A stretch of 64,000 bases of DNA, taken from a virus. Where the stretch lies: IMG/VR virus record IMGVR_UViG_3300025425_001694; one strand, 5' to 3'. Below, in pieces: positions 36,955-46,839 of this stretch. Numbering within the stretch: the stretch's first letter is position 1; the number at the start of each line of letters is the position of its first letter. The notes under the pieces are model-generated. The model did not search any database and was not told where the DNA came from. It worked only from the letters and a program-made list of their open reading frames with translations. The translations under genes were made by a program, and so were the position numbers.

Positions 36955-37050
36955 TTCTAATAAAACCGTCGTATGCTACATAATTTACGTTGAGCCTTTT
37001 AAATAAATATATTTTTAAACCGGTTATTTGACATTAGTGAGAATTAATTT

Positions 37051-38250
37051 ATGGAATATTTAGAATACTTTAAAAACACAATTAAAGACTTTAGAGATGA
37101 TGGTCGTTATAGAGTTTTTAACGATATATTGAGAGAAAGAGGCAAATTCCCACGTTCAGTGTGGTATGGTAAATATGCTCCTAAAAATATAATTAATTGG
37201 TGTTCTAATGACTATTTAGGTATGGGTCAAAATAAGCATGTTATTGATTCTATGCATACAGCGTTGAATCAAACGGGCGCTGGTTCTGGTGGTACACGAA
37301 ATATCGGTGGGACTTCTCATTATCACGTAACACTCGAAAGAGAATTGGCTTCTTTACACGACAGAGATGCATCGTTACTGTTCACTAGCGCATATGTAGC
37401 AAACGAATGGACACTCATATCACTTTCGCGTATCATACCTAATATATGTTTCATTTCAGATAATAAAAACCACGCTTCTTTAATCATGGGTATTAAACAC
37501 TCAAGATCTGAAAAGAAAATCTTTCAGCATAACAACATGGAAGATTTAGAAACACAGCTAAAACTTACAAAAAAAGAAAAATTAAATCCTGTAATTGTTT
37601 TTGAATCTGTCTATAGTATGGACGGCGACATCGCACCAATAAAAGATATTGTTGCGTTGGCAAAAAAATACAATGCATTAACATATATTGATGAAGTACA
37701 TGCTGTAGGACTATACGGCAAACGCGGTGGTGGATTATGCGAAGAGCTTAATTTGTGGGCAGACGATATTGACATTATTAACGGAACTCTTGGAAAAGCC
37801 TTCGGAGTTCAAGGAGGATATATTGCTGCAAGTAAAGAGATTGTTGATGCTATTAGGTGTGTTGCTAGCGGGTTTATATTTACTACATCAACCAGTCCAG
37901 TCATTTGCGCCGGGGCCTTGGCATCCATCAGATATCTCCGTGACAATCATAGATTAAGAGTTCAACATCGAGAACGAGTTGCAAAATTAAAAGAAATGCT
38001 AGCTGATGCGAATATACCTATTCATCCAAATGCATGCACTCATATTATTCCAATTATGGTAAATGATGCATTTAAAACAAAAGAAGCAAGCGATAGACTT
38101 CTTAACGAATATGGCATATACATCCAAGCAATTAACAGTCCTACGGTTGAAGCTGGTACCGAAAGATTGAGAGTTGCTCCAACTCCTTATCATACAGATG
38201 TTATGATGATGGAATTAGTAACAGCATTAAAAACTATATTAAACACATGA
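37051..38250 (+). CDS. hemA: 5-aminolevulinate synthase
   Basis: [50 protein letters not shown] (PLP Lys), GFIFTTS. Confidence 0.95.
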   Translation: MEYLEYFKNTIKDFRDDGRYRVFNDILRERGKFPRSVWYGKYAPKNIINWCSNDYLGMGQNKHVIDSMHTALNQTGAGSGGTRNIGGTSHYHVTLERELASLHDRDASLLFTSAYVANEWTLISLSRIIPNICFISDNKNHASLIMGIKHSRSEKKIFQHNNMEDLETQLKLTKKEKLNPVIVFESVYSMDGDIAPIKDIVALAKKYNALTYIDEVHAVGLYGKRGGGLCEELNLWADDIDIINGTLGKAFGVQGGYIAASKEIVDAIRCVASGFIFTTSTSPVICAGALASIRYLRDNHRLRVQHRERVAKLKEMLADANIPIHPNACTHIIPIMVNDAFKTKEASDRLLNEYGIYIQAINSPTVEAGTERLRVAPTPYHTDVMMMELVTALKTILNT

Positions 38251-38627
38251 TAAACAAAAAGGGTGGTTCATTGTTTTCAAGTAACCCATATTCTGCTTCC
38301 ATAAACGCGTTGTTACAAGCAACTGCTTTATTTGCTTCGTCACAAGGTGTAATCTGGGCAATGTATCCAATCATGGCAATGCTATGTTATATTGGATTTA
38401 TGCAATCCATCGCCGCCGCTAGCCTATTTTCAGGCTTTATCGAAGGAAGCACTGAAAACGAAGATCCTAACTACAGCATTTCAATATTAGTAGCGATTTT
38501 ATATTTAGTATCTTCTTATCATGTATATACTCTAGGGTATGGCGTTATCGCCGGCATTATGTTTACACATGCTGTAATATTTTTAATTACGAATATACTT
38601 GGTGTCTTGAAAGAGTATAAGGATTAG
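38247..38627 (+). CDS. Multi-pass membrane protein
   Basis: About four hydrophobic helices; ATGA overlap with hemA. Confidence 0.65.
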   Translation: MINKKGGSLFSSNPYSASINALLQATALFASSQGVIWAMYPIMAMLCYIGFMQSIAAASLFSGFIEGSTENEDPNYSISILVAILYLVSSYHVYTLGYGVIAGIMFTHAVIFLITNILGVLKEYKD

Positions 38628-38629
38628 CA

Positions 38630-39064
38630 ATGAAAATATTAATCATGGGTCTACCAGGATCCGGTAAAACATGGCTAGCTGAAAGACTGCAAAAGCATCT
38701 AAGCTGCGCATGGTATAATGCTGATGAAATTCGTAAAATGGCTAACGACTGGGAATTTACAGACTTAGCTCGGTTTCGTCAAGCAAATCGAATGGCTGTA
38801 CTTGCAGACACGGAAGTATTGTTTGATCGTGTAGTAATCTGCGATTTTGTCTGTCCTACGAATACCCTTAGAAATGTATTTAACGCGGACTATACTGTAT
38901 GGATGGACACTATTAATACAGGCCAATTTGAAGATACTAATAAAGTGTTCGAAAAACCAAACTTGTCTAGTGTAAATTATCACGTTTCAAGATGGTTTGA
39001 TAACACTGATGAAACTTTAGCAGACGCTATTCATCGGCATATAAGGTTAGAACAGAATGTTTAA
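38630..39064 (+). CDS. cysC: Adenylylsulfate kinase-like P-loop kinase
   Basis: GLPGSGKT, NADEIR, F...R..QA.R, FVCP, FEKP. Confidence 0.7.
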   Translation: MKILIMGLPGSGKTWLAERLQKHLSCAWYNADEIRKMANDWEFTDLARFRQANRMAVLADTEVLFDRVVICDFVCPTNTLRNVFNADYTVWMDTINTGQFEDTNKVFEKPNLSSVNYHVSRWFDNTDETLADAIHRHIRLEQNV

Positions 39065-39467
39065 TTACCAAGCTCCAACTACTATGCTGCTTGGGCGGTG
39101 GCAACCTTGGCACAATGGACATACAGAACTGTTCAGACGCGCGTTAGCCGAAACAGGCCAAGTATGTATTCAAGTACGAAACGTCAGTTTTATTTTAGGC
39201 GAAGATGCAGGTGGCGGCCGCACAGTAACACAGGACGATAATCCGTTTAGTTATGATTATGTAGTAGATAGCATTGAAGATGGATTGCATGATGCGGGTT
39301 TTACACGTGGCGTAGAATATATTATAATGCAAGTACCAAACATTGTCGATATTAGTTATGGTAGAGGTGTGGGATATACCTTGACAGAACACAACTTAGG
39401 TGATACAATACATAGTATAAGCGCAACAAAAATTAGAAAACAAATGAGAGAAGAAGGAATATTATGA
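39057..39467 (+). CDS. HxGH cytidylyltransferase-like nucleotidyltransferase
   Basis: GRWQPWHNGH, NPFS, ISATKIR. Confidence 0.8.
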   Translation: MFNYQAPTTMLLGRWQPWHNGHTELFRRALAETGQVCIQVRNVSFILGEDAGGGRTVTQDDNPFSYDYVVDSIEDGLHDAGFTRGVEYIIMQVPNIVDISYGRGVGYTLTEHNLGDTIHSISATKIRKQMREEGIL

Positions 39468-39793
39468 ATACCAAAGTAACACAAACTTTGCCATCTGTTA
39501 TTACAAATAATGATCGTAAAGTTATTCAAAATGCGTTAAAAGAAATGTCAGATTCTATGACAAGAATTTCAGCTGAGAAAGATCTACAAAAAGAAATTTC
39601 AGAACAAATGGTTGAAAAACTAAACGTGCCAAAACGTGAATTCAATAGACTTGCTAAAATTTTTCATGCTTCTAATCTCATGGAAGAAGCCGCGAGGAAT
39701 GAAGAATTCATGGAATTTGCAGAAGCTGTTATGGCCCCGGTTTCTAATAGAATTGAAGATAATAACAAATTACCCGAAGTTGAAATTGTATGA
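39464..39793 (+). CDS. dsbA: Double-stranded DNA-binding protein (T4 DsbA-like)
   Basis: ALKEMSDSMTRI..EKDL.KEI...FNRLAKIFH. Confidence 0.65.
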   Translation: MNTKVTQTLPSVITNNDRKVIQNALKEMSDSMTRISAEKDLQKEISEQMVEKLNVPKREFNRLAKIFHASNLMEEAARNEEFMEFAEAVMAPVSNRIEDNNKLPEVEIV

Positions 39794-40014
39794 AGCCGAA
39801 CAGAAACTTTGACTTTGATGTAAATGAATTGGACTTAGTAGAATATTCTATGAAATATCGTATGTCTCGTTTACAAAAACGCCGGGCAACTGTAAAAAAA
39901 GAAACAAGCCGATTAGCTATTGACAATGAAATAAAACAGATATATACACTACTAGGAAAGATACATAATCAAAAAGTTTGGTATAGACCTAAGGGGTTTG
40001 TTCCAGGCGGGTAA
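39790..40014 (+). CDS. Basic hypothetical protein
   Basis: LLGKIHNQKVWYRPK; ATGA coupled. Confidence 0.7.
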   Translation: MKPNRNFDFDVNELDLVEYSMKYRMSRLQKRRATVKKETSRLAIDNEIKQIYTLLGKIHNQKVWYRPKGFVPGG

Positions 40015-40076
40015 AATGCTATTTTGGAGCTCCAAGGCAGCTATCAATGATAATATTCAAATAAGAAAGAAAAGCA

Positions 40077-40286
40077 ATGAATCGCGAAGATAGAAATGAT
40101 TTTACTATATTAGAAACAAATCGTACTACCGGTCAAAAAATATGGCAAATAATTTTAGGAGGCAAAGCTATTACAGTCTGTGTTACTGAAAAGCAAGCAG
40201 TTGACCTTGCAAAAAATTTAAATTTAGATCCATATTTTTTAAACAGAGGTCAAACACGTTCGGATGTAGCTGCGCGGTATAATTAA
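40077..40286 (+). CDS. Hypothetical protein
   Basis: Last ORF before the convergent terminators. Confidence 0.6.
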   Translation: MNREDRNDFTILETNRTTGQKIWQIILGGKAITVCVTEKQAVDLAKNLNLDPYFLNRGQTRSDVAARYN

Positions 40287-40296
40287 AACCAAAGAT

Positions 40297-40374
40297 AAAA
40301 AAAGGGAGATCCGAAGATCTCCCTAGTATTCGTAAAGAATTGTAGAGGAGGGGTTTATCCCCTCTTCTTTTTTT
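40297..40374. terminator. Back-to-back terminators at the convergence point
   Basis: Minus-strand gggagatcTTCGgatctccc+T7 (cUUCGg loop); plus-strand agaggagggg-tttat-cccctcttct+T tract. Confidence 0.85.
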
Positions 40375-40375
40375 A

Positions 40376-41686
40376 TTAGAACAAGTTGCTTACGCGAACT
40401 CTGCGGTAGTATACGTTAGTGTTATCTGTAAGAGCACCTTCACTGCGTGTTGGGCCTGCTGCGAACGGGTTAGCAACCATGCCGTAACGTGTTTTAAAGC
40501 CGATTTTTGGCTGGAAGGAATTCTCACCAACTGCGCGGTACATTTGCAATGGTACGTATGGGCAATAGAAGAGTCCTGCGTCGAATGCAGAAGAACCTTT
40601 ATAACCAACAACCAGATAATTGCTACCTGCATATGGATCGATATATACTCTGTAACGACCGTTTAGGATACCTGCGAATGTATTGCCTGTATCATCAACG
40701 TTAAGTGCGTTGCTGTTAAGAGCTGGAGTATAATCAAGAACACCAGACATCTGAAGTGCCGATGCAACATCGGAAGAACAGATAACGATGTTACCTTTAC
40801 CGCGACGAGTTGCTTTTGCAATCGCGTTGGCTTCGATTTCAACTTGGAACATCAAGCCTTTGAATTTCTCAACTGACCAACGACCGTTTGCGTCAACATC
40901 CAAGTCAAACACACCAGCTGATGCAGTAGATGCAGCACCGGTTACGGCTGTGTTATAGATTGTACGAACAACTTCACGGTTGATTTCTGCGAGGATTTCA
41001 GATTGAAGAATGTTTGCAAGCTCAGTTTCTGCGTCAAGACCATGAACAGCACGAAGATCTTGTGCAAGCTCAGTGGTATATTCTGCTTTCAATGCGCGGC
41101 TTTTTGCAGCAACAGTAACTTTTTCGATAGCAAGAGCCATCTCTGCAAAGTTTGTACCGCCACCGTCGCCAAGTGCTTCAGCATCCGCAGTAGCAAGACC
41201 AGTACCAGTTGGGGCTGTTGCGCCTCCACCAGTAGAGCCTGACATTGCGCCTGTACCTGAGAAGTCGGTATCAGCTTCGTTATAAAACGCTTCTTGTGCA
41301 GTGTTACCTGTCATTGCATTCATGTTAGAACGCATTGCGAAGATAAGACCTGTTGGGCCTGTCATTGGCTGTACACCAGCAATGTCGTATGCCATCAAGT
41401 TTGGCATTGAACGGCGAACCAAGCTGATTAGAACTGGGTCATAACCTGCTGTTGGAGTTGCTGAACCAGAACCAAATCCGCCAGTTCCAGCTGCGTTTGT
41501 TGGAGCTTCTTGTAAAAGCGAAGTCATATTGATTGACTGATCGCCACTTTCTACAAGTGCCTTTTCTGTGTTTTCAAGAAGAGTAGCAGTAACTGCTTTT
41601 CTGTGCTCGTCTTTGATTGTTGCGAAAGATGAGTGCTCAAGAAGAGGACCCCACTTTTCGATTAATGATCTGCTAGATTGACTCAT
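40376..41686 (-). CDS. gp23: Major capsid protein
   Basis: DPVLISLVRR, GVQPMTGPTGLIFAMR, KSRALKAEY, FYCPYVPL, FQPKIGFKTRYG; LQE/A cleavage site. Confidence 0.98.
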   Translation of the reverse strand: MSQSSRSLIEKWGPLLEHSSFATIKDEHRKAVTATLLENTEKALVESGDQSINMTSLLQEAPTNAAGTGGFGSGSATPTAGYDPVLISLVRRSMPNLMAYDIAGVQPMTGPTGLIFAMRSNMNAMTGNTAQEAFYNEADTDFSGTGAMSGSTGGGATAPTGTGLATADAEALGDGGGTNFAEMALAIEKVTVAAKSRALKAEYTTELAQDLRAVHGLDAETELANILQSEILAEINREVVRTIYNTAVTGAASTASAGVFDLDVDANGRWSVEKFKGLMFQVEIEANAIAKATRRGKGNIVICSSDVASALQMSGVLDYTPALNSNALNVDDTGNTFAGILNGRYRVYIDPYAGSNYLVVGYKGSSAFDAGLFYCPYVPLQMYRAVGENSFQPKIGFKTRYGMVANPFAAGPTRSEGALTDNTNVYYRRVRVSNLF

Positions 41687-41723
41687 TTTGTCACTCCTAT
41701 CTCTGTTGTTTTAATTATAGTGG

Positions 41724-41731
41724 TATTTATA
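41724..41731 (-). promoter_or_regulatory. T4 late promoter TATAAATA (further copies at 42720, 43443, 44621, 48736, 55046)
   Basis: Exact TATAAATA on the minus strand just upstream of structural genes. Confidence 0.85.
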
Positions 41732-41743
41732 ATTTGTTTATTT

Positions 41744-42679
41744 TCACTTTTGTTTGTTATTGATCGCTTCAACGATTGCAGAAACCGAAGAATATTGAGA
41801 AACTGGTTTTCTTGTTTCAGTCTCTTCAGTAAGAACTTCATCTTCTGTTTCTTCGCTTATTACTTGCGCCTTTTTAGCTTTAAAGAATGATTCCTTAAGG
41901 GTACCAAGATCTGCCTCATATGCTTGAATGTCGTCGTTATCAAGCTTTTCTGACAAAGATTTTAATCTTTCTTTCTGAGAGACTGTAAGTCCTTCTGAAA
42001 TATCATCAAAAACTTTTTCAGCTTTGAGACTGGCTATTTCCTTTGCAAGGGAAATATTTTCGTTGATAGCTTCATTTGTTTGATTTTGAAGTTCACCAAC
42101 TTGTTCTTCTAACCCAGCAACCACATCAACTGTTTCTTCATCAATGTCAATATTGTGAGCAGAGAAAATATCTCTGAGACCGTCCATTAATGATTCTGCC
42201 ATTTCTACTTTAATGCCAGACTCTACAGCCACTTTATTTTCTTCCATCCACTGCTCAACAACATAGTCGAGATACGAGTCTAGGTTTTCGGTAATTTCTT
42301 CTATAGCTTCGTTAACAGTTTCAACTAATTTGTTATCAAACTCTTCTTCAAGAGCGGTAACAGCTTCGTTCACTTTTGTGTTTGTTGCTTCTCTAACAGC
42401 TGTTTCAAATACTAATGATACTTTAGATTTGAACTCTTCAGAAAGATCTGTACCTTCAAACATTGAAGCAATAGACTCTTCAACAGATACAACTTCTTCT
42501 GCATCAACGTCGTCAGTTTCTTCTGACATAGGTGGCGCTTCTACAGTATCCGCTTTAGGATCTACTTTCTTTTTAACATCAGCTTTTTTCTTTTTAACTT
42601 CGCCGCCTGCTGGTGTCGTTGGTTCTGGAACCTCGGATACACCGTCGTCAGCAACGAATTTTTCTTCTAACTCTGACAT
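41744..42679 (-). CDS. gp22: Prohead core scaffold
   Basis: LSEEFK..VFE, LDSYLDYVVEQW, synteny. Confidence 0.92.
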   Translation of the reverse strand: MSELEEKFVADDGVSEVPEPTTPAGGEVKKKKADVKKKVDPKADTVEAPPMSEETDDVDAEEVVSVEESIASMFEGTDLSEEFKSKVSLVFETAVREATNTKVNEAVTALEEEFDNKLVETVNEAIEEITENLDSYLDYVVEQWMEENKVAVESGIKVEMAESLMDGLRDIFSAHNIDIDEETVDVVAGLEEQVGELQNQTNEAINENISLAKEIASLKAEKVFDDISEGLTVSQKERLKSLSEKLDNDDIQAYEADLGTLKESFFKAKKAQVISEETEDEVLTEETETRKPVSQYSSVSAIVEAINNKQK

Positions 42680-42731
42680 ATTTACTCTCCTCTTATTTGG
42701 ATTCGTGTTATATTATCCATATTTATAATTT

Positions 42732-43418
42732 TTAATTTTTCAGAGAAGTAAGGAATTTCTCAAAGAGTTTGGCGGCGTGTGACTCGTCAATTACTCTAAC
42801 AGTTTTCTTATATTCCCTTTTCACTTCTTGAACTATTTCCTCAACAACCTGTTGAACAGCATATTGTCTCCAAGTCCCAGCGGCAATATCATAATAATAT
42901 TCCGTATTTTCCATTATACCATTCACAAAACAATCAGGTCCAGAAGGATCTGTTACAATATCAACAGTTGCTAAATGAAAGTCGTCTTGCACTTCCATTA
43001 CGCCGTCTTTAGTAGGTTTGACAGAACCAAGACCACGCGTAGAAACACCAACCCTTACACCTTCATCTACGAAAGTTTTAACAATCTCACCCATTGGTGT
43101 CGACAAGATTTTTGCCTTCCCAATAAAGTTTGATCCTTCACGCTTCATTTCAGTAATAAGATGAGAAACTCTATCACCGTTAATTTGCGGTCCGTCAGGA
43201 TGTCCTAATTCACCAAGAGCTCTTTTTGGTTCAATAAAGTTCTTTTGGTATCTATTCATTTCTTTTTCAAGAATAGTTGAAGGATATATGCGACCGTTAC
43301 GATTTTTCATATCGCCTTGCATGAAGATACCTTCAATGAAGTAATTCTTCTTACCATTTTCAGCTGCTTCGGTAACAACCTCGCAATCTTCATTGAATAC
43401 TTCAGTAATTAACTTCAT
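42732..43418 (-). CDS. gp21: Prohead protease
   Basis: IEGIFMQ, NRNGRIY, ALGELGHP, GVSTRGLGS, DIVTDPS. Confidence 0.95.
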   Translation of the reverse strand: MKLITEVFNEDCEVVTEAAENGKKNYFIEGIFMQGDMKNRNGRIYPSTILEKEMNRYQKNFIEPKRALGELGHPDGPQINGDRVSHLITEMKREGSNFIGKAKILSTPMGEIVKTFVDEGVRVGVSTRGLGSVKPTKDGVMEVQDDFHLATVDIVTDPSGPDCFVNGIMENTEYYYDIAAGTWRQYAVQQVVEEIVQEVKREYKKTVRVIDESHAAKLFEKFLTSLKN

Positions 43419-43445
43419 GTATATACTCCTCGTTGTATCTTTTAT

Positions 43446-43670
43446 TTATACTCTAGCATCGTAGTAGTTTTTAGATAATTCGCCGCGTTCAGTAGTTTCT
43501 CCAGCTTTCCTAACTTTAACATACGTTTTTTGTACGTTTCCAAGAGGAGTTGTGAAAGTTCGAACACCAGCTGCTGTAGTTCCGTTTGCGCCTGAATATG
43601 TTGCTGCGGCCGTGGCAGCATTATCATATTCCCATATGCTGTTTGATCCTGGAACTACTACCCAAGCCAT
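43446..43670 (-). CDS. Small head-cluster hypothetical protein
   Basis: MAWVVVPGSNSIWEY...; between core and protease genes. Confidence 0.6.
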   Translation of the reverse strand: MAWVVVPGSNSIWEYDNAATAAATYSGANGTTAAGVRTFTTPLGNVQKTYVKVRKAGETTERGELSKNYYDARV

Positions 43671-43671
43671 A

Positions 43672-44589
43672 TTACATTGCTTCTCTTGCGAAACCAAGAA
43701 TTTCTTCAAACCCTGACTTATCTGCCATCGCAGTACTTTGCATTTTCTTACGGTTCGTAGAAGAAAGATCTTTGAACATTTGGTTTAAAAGATCAGCATC
43801 TTGTTTCTTTAGAATAACAGAAGAACCGTCCTTAAATTTTACCATTCCGGTTGCAAACTTTTCGTTTAAGTCTTCGTCAATTTCGGCTTCTTCGGACTTG
43901 TCCCAAGGTGCTTTCTTCAAAGATACTTTACCTTTAGGCTGCACCTTCATTCCTTGAAGAGCTCTTGTAATTGTTTTTTGCGAAATTTTTACAGTTTTTT
44001 TCGAACTTTTTGCTTCATCAATTTCGGCTTCTTCGCCCATAGACATTACTTCAGCTGTAGCGTAACTATATAATGTTTGCATTTCTTTAGCAACACCAGC
44101 TAATTTGTTTTGGAACCATTCTTCAGGATCTTGTGTTGATTGAACATAACGAGCAATACCCTGTACATTGTGTGACATTGAACGCAACGCATTCATCATC
44201 ATTGGCTTTTCTTCCATTGGGTTTTCAGAAAGCTCAACTTCTTCTTTAGCAATAGCTTTAGAAATAGCTTTGCGGCGCTTATGTAGATATTCGTCAGAAT
44301 CGTCAACATCGCCATCATTGTCAATATCTTTATCTTTACGATCTTTGTGCTTACCTTTAAGGGCTTTTGCATCTACTGGATCTATAGCTTCGTATACAGA
44401 TGCATCTTCTCCAGGTGCAAGATCTGCCCTACGCTTGAGTTTAGCTGTCCCAGGTATTTCACCAGTAAACTGATGATCTAAAGCAACAGGATGGCCAACT
44501 TTAGTTACGATGTGTTTATCCTTAAATGCTTTTTCGTCGCCTGCTTTTGGCTGAGCAACTTCAGATATTAAATTCTTAAAGGTTTTCAT
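43672..44589 (-). CDS. Prohead core/internal protein
   Basis: MKTFKNLISE capsid-targeting-like N-terminus; DIDNDGDVD motif; occupies the gp67/68 position. Confidence 0.7.
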   Translation of the reverse strand: MKTFKNLISEVAQPKAGDEKAFKDKHIVTKVGHPVALDHQFTGEIPGTAKLKRRADLAPGEDASVYEAIDPVDAKALKGKHKDRKDKDIDNDGDVDDSDEYLHKRRKAISKAIAKEEVELSENPMEEKPMMMNALRSMSHNVQGIARYVQSTQDPEEWFQNKLAGVAKEMQTLYSYATAEVMSMGEEAEIDEAKSSKKTVKISQKTITRALQGMKVQPKGKVSLKKAPWDKSEEAEIDEDLNEKFATGMVKFKDGSSVILKKQDADLLNQMFKDLSSTNRKKMQSTAMADKSGFEEILGFAREAM

Positions 44590-46262
44590 TTTTGAGGCTT
44601 TCTTTTAAATGATTTTGTTTTATTTATAACTTTAAGTGATTCTTCAGCATCGATTTCGGTATTATCATCTGCTGGCTCATCATCTGTAGGCTCTTGTTCT
44701 GAATCATCAAAATCGTCTTCTGCATCCATGCCCGGATCGTCTGGGTCATTGTATAGACCAGCCGATCTTTCTTGATCAATTTGCAGTTGCATTTCGCGCA
44801 TTTCATCGTCAGTCATGAATAGAACATTTTTGGTAATCCATTGTCTTGAATAATATTTGCCTACTTGTTCTTCCATATCTCTTAACGTTGTTATTTTTTC
44901 GCGTAGAATTTCAGTCTGTTTTAATTCTTCAAAATAGTTATCTTTCATAAAGTCATAACGTATTTTGTTTTTAATATCGCCCCACTCTTCAGGATCTAAA
45001 ACACCTTTTAAGATTAATTGCTTTTCAAGTAGAGAATCAAATAAACCTGAGAATCTGTTTCTTAATCTACGAATAAACTTACTAAACTTTATTTCATCAC
45101 GCGTCATTTCAGAAACACGGCCCATACTATACATATTTTCTGGCTCTAATCTAGAAACAGGAACTTTTAGCGATTTATATAATTTTCTTTGGAAATACGA
45201 AAGATTTTCATCACCACTTAGCGCTGCAGCATTACCACCAGCTAAAATATCCACTTCTGTAGATCTTTCTCCACCTCGGCGAGGAAACCAAAAATCTTCA
45301 GTCATAGTCATAAACTTACGACCATCTGTGATATCGCCACTATCTGAATCATACTGCAGTTTATTTTTATGGCGAGTCATCATGTCATGTAAGTATTGTT
45401 CAGCTTTTGCTTTTGGCAACTGACCTACATCGATATAAAATATTCTTCTTTCAGGAGCTCTTGTAATTGTATAAATTACAGTAGCATCTTCCAACATACG
45501 AAGTTGGTTTAACGGTTTAATAGCAGGATGTAAATACGAAAGAATTAGCGAATTATTTTCGTTCATATACCCAGAAGTTATTCTTGCTACTGAATCTTTT
45601 GCAATTCTATAACCCTGAACAGTTTGCCCAGATGAAACATTGGAACTAACCGCTTTGGATCCAAACCCTGAATCGGAATAAAGATAATATTCTTTCTTAA
45701 CTTTTTTCAAAGGAATTCCAGAATGAGGATCTTTTTGTTTTTCATCCATTTCTTTAATAAGACGAAGTTTCCGCGGATCTATATAACGAACTTCTTTTAT
45801 GCCATCTTTTAAGTTTTCATTGTCTATGATAACATGATAATTTAATCTGCCATCTACGTAAAACTTTTGAAAAATGTCATATCCATAATTTGAAAAGTCA
45901 AGAAAACGAAGAATTTCTTCAAATTCCTCTATTATTCTATCTTTTACTTTGTCTGGTAAATTCGTATCATCTAAAACAACTTCAACAGCGTTTTCATGCG
46001 AATCAATGTTTATAGCTTCGTTAATAACTTCATCAACGGCCTGTGAAATTTCGGGCTGCAACATCATACCACGGTATTTTGTCACTAATTCGCCTTCAGA
46101 CTTGGCATCGCCATCCATATTAATAGAAATACCATAGGATCCCCCGAGAGAGTTTCCTATGGTAATTGCGCCTTCGTCGTTAGTCGGTTCTACAAAAGAA
46201 ACCGCAATGTCTTCATCAGCGCCGCCGATATCTTTTTTTATTTCAAAACCAAAAATTCGCAT
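44586..46262 (-). CDS. gp20: Portal protein
   Basis: FYVDGR, NQLRMLEDA, RAPERRIFYIDVG, EDFWFPRR, LKVPVSR. Confidence 0.97.
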   Translation of the reverse strand: MRIFGFEIKKDIGGADEDIAVSFVEPTNDEGAITIGNSLGGSYGISINMDGDAKSEGELVTKYRGMMLQPEISQAVDEVINEAINIDSHENAVEVVLDDTNLPDKVKDRIIEEFEEILRFLDFSNYGYDIFQKFYVDGRLNYHVIIDNENLKDGIKEVRYIDPRKLRLIKEMDEKQKDPHSGIPLKKVKKEYYLYSDSGFGSKAVSSNVSSGQTVQGYRIAKDSVARITSGYMNENNSLILSYLHPAIKPLNQLRMLEDATVIYTITRAPERRIFYIDVGQLPKAKAEQYLHDMMTRHKNKLQYDSDSGDITDGRKFMTMTEDFWFPRRGGERSTEVDILAGGNAAALSGDENLSYFQRKLYKSLKVPVSRLEPENMYSMGRVSEMTRDEIKFSKFIRRLRNRFSGLFDSLLEKQLILKGVLDPEEWGDIKNKIRYDFMKDNYFEELKQTEILREKITTLRDMEEQVGKYYSRQWITKNVLFMTDDEMREMQLQIDQERSAGLYNDPDDPGMDAEDDFDDSEQEPTDDEPADDNTEIDAEESLKVINKTKSFKRKPQK

Positions 46263-46281
46263 TAATTAATCATCCTATAAA

Positions 46282-46815
46282 TTAAGTAGTTGAAGTGCCA
46301 GTAGTTCCTTCAACTCTCCACAGATCGTATTGGAATGTAACTCCAAATTCTTCGATAACATCTGTAGATTCCCATGAAAGGGGTATCGCGTCAACTGTGA
46401 CAGGATATATACCCTCGAATACGTATGTTCTAAGCAAAGATCCATCTTTACCAAACTGTGTTACAATCGCGTTTGATTTGTAATCTTGTGGTAACGACCG
46501 TGCATTAGAATCATGAGTATTTATCGCATTTGACCATGTTTCCATCGCGTTGCGAACTAAAAAGTCCTCATCGTTGATACACGTAACGGGCCAATCTTCA
46601 AACGTCCTATCTCCAGCATATTTGACTTGACGACCAAAGTATGGAACCACATAAGAACCTAGAGTTGATCCAGGTAATGCTGCAGTTTTAACCATAAATG
46701 GTACTTTCAAATCAGCAAGGCCAGTGATTGGATTTGTGATTTGCACTTGGAAGAGGGTAGGTCTTGCCCCACCCCCTACTAATTGCGATTTAAATTCGTT
46801 GATATTAAATGCCAT
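46282..46815 (-). CDS. gp19: Tail tube protein
   Basis: GGARPTLF, GDRTFEDW, NDEDF, EEFGVTF. Confidence 0.95.
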   Translation of the reverse strand: MAFNINEFKSQLVGGGARPTLFQVQITNPITGLADLKVPFMVKTAALPGSTLGSYVVPYFGRQVKYAGDRTFEDWPVTCINDEDFLVRNAMETWSNAINTHDSNARSLPQDYKSNAIVTQFGKDGSLLRTYVFEGIYPVTVDAIPLSWESTDVIEEFGVTFQYDLWRVEGTTGTSTT

Positions 46816-46839
46816 GATTATCTCCTTTTCTTTTATTTA

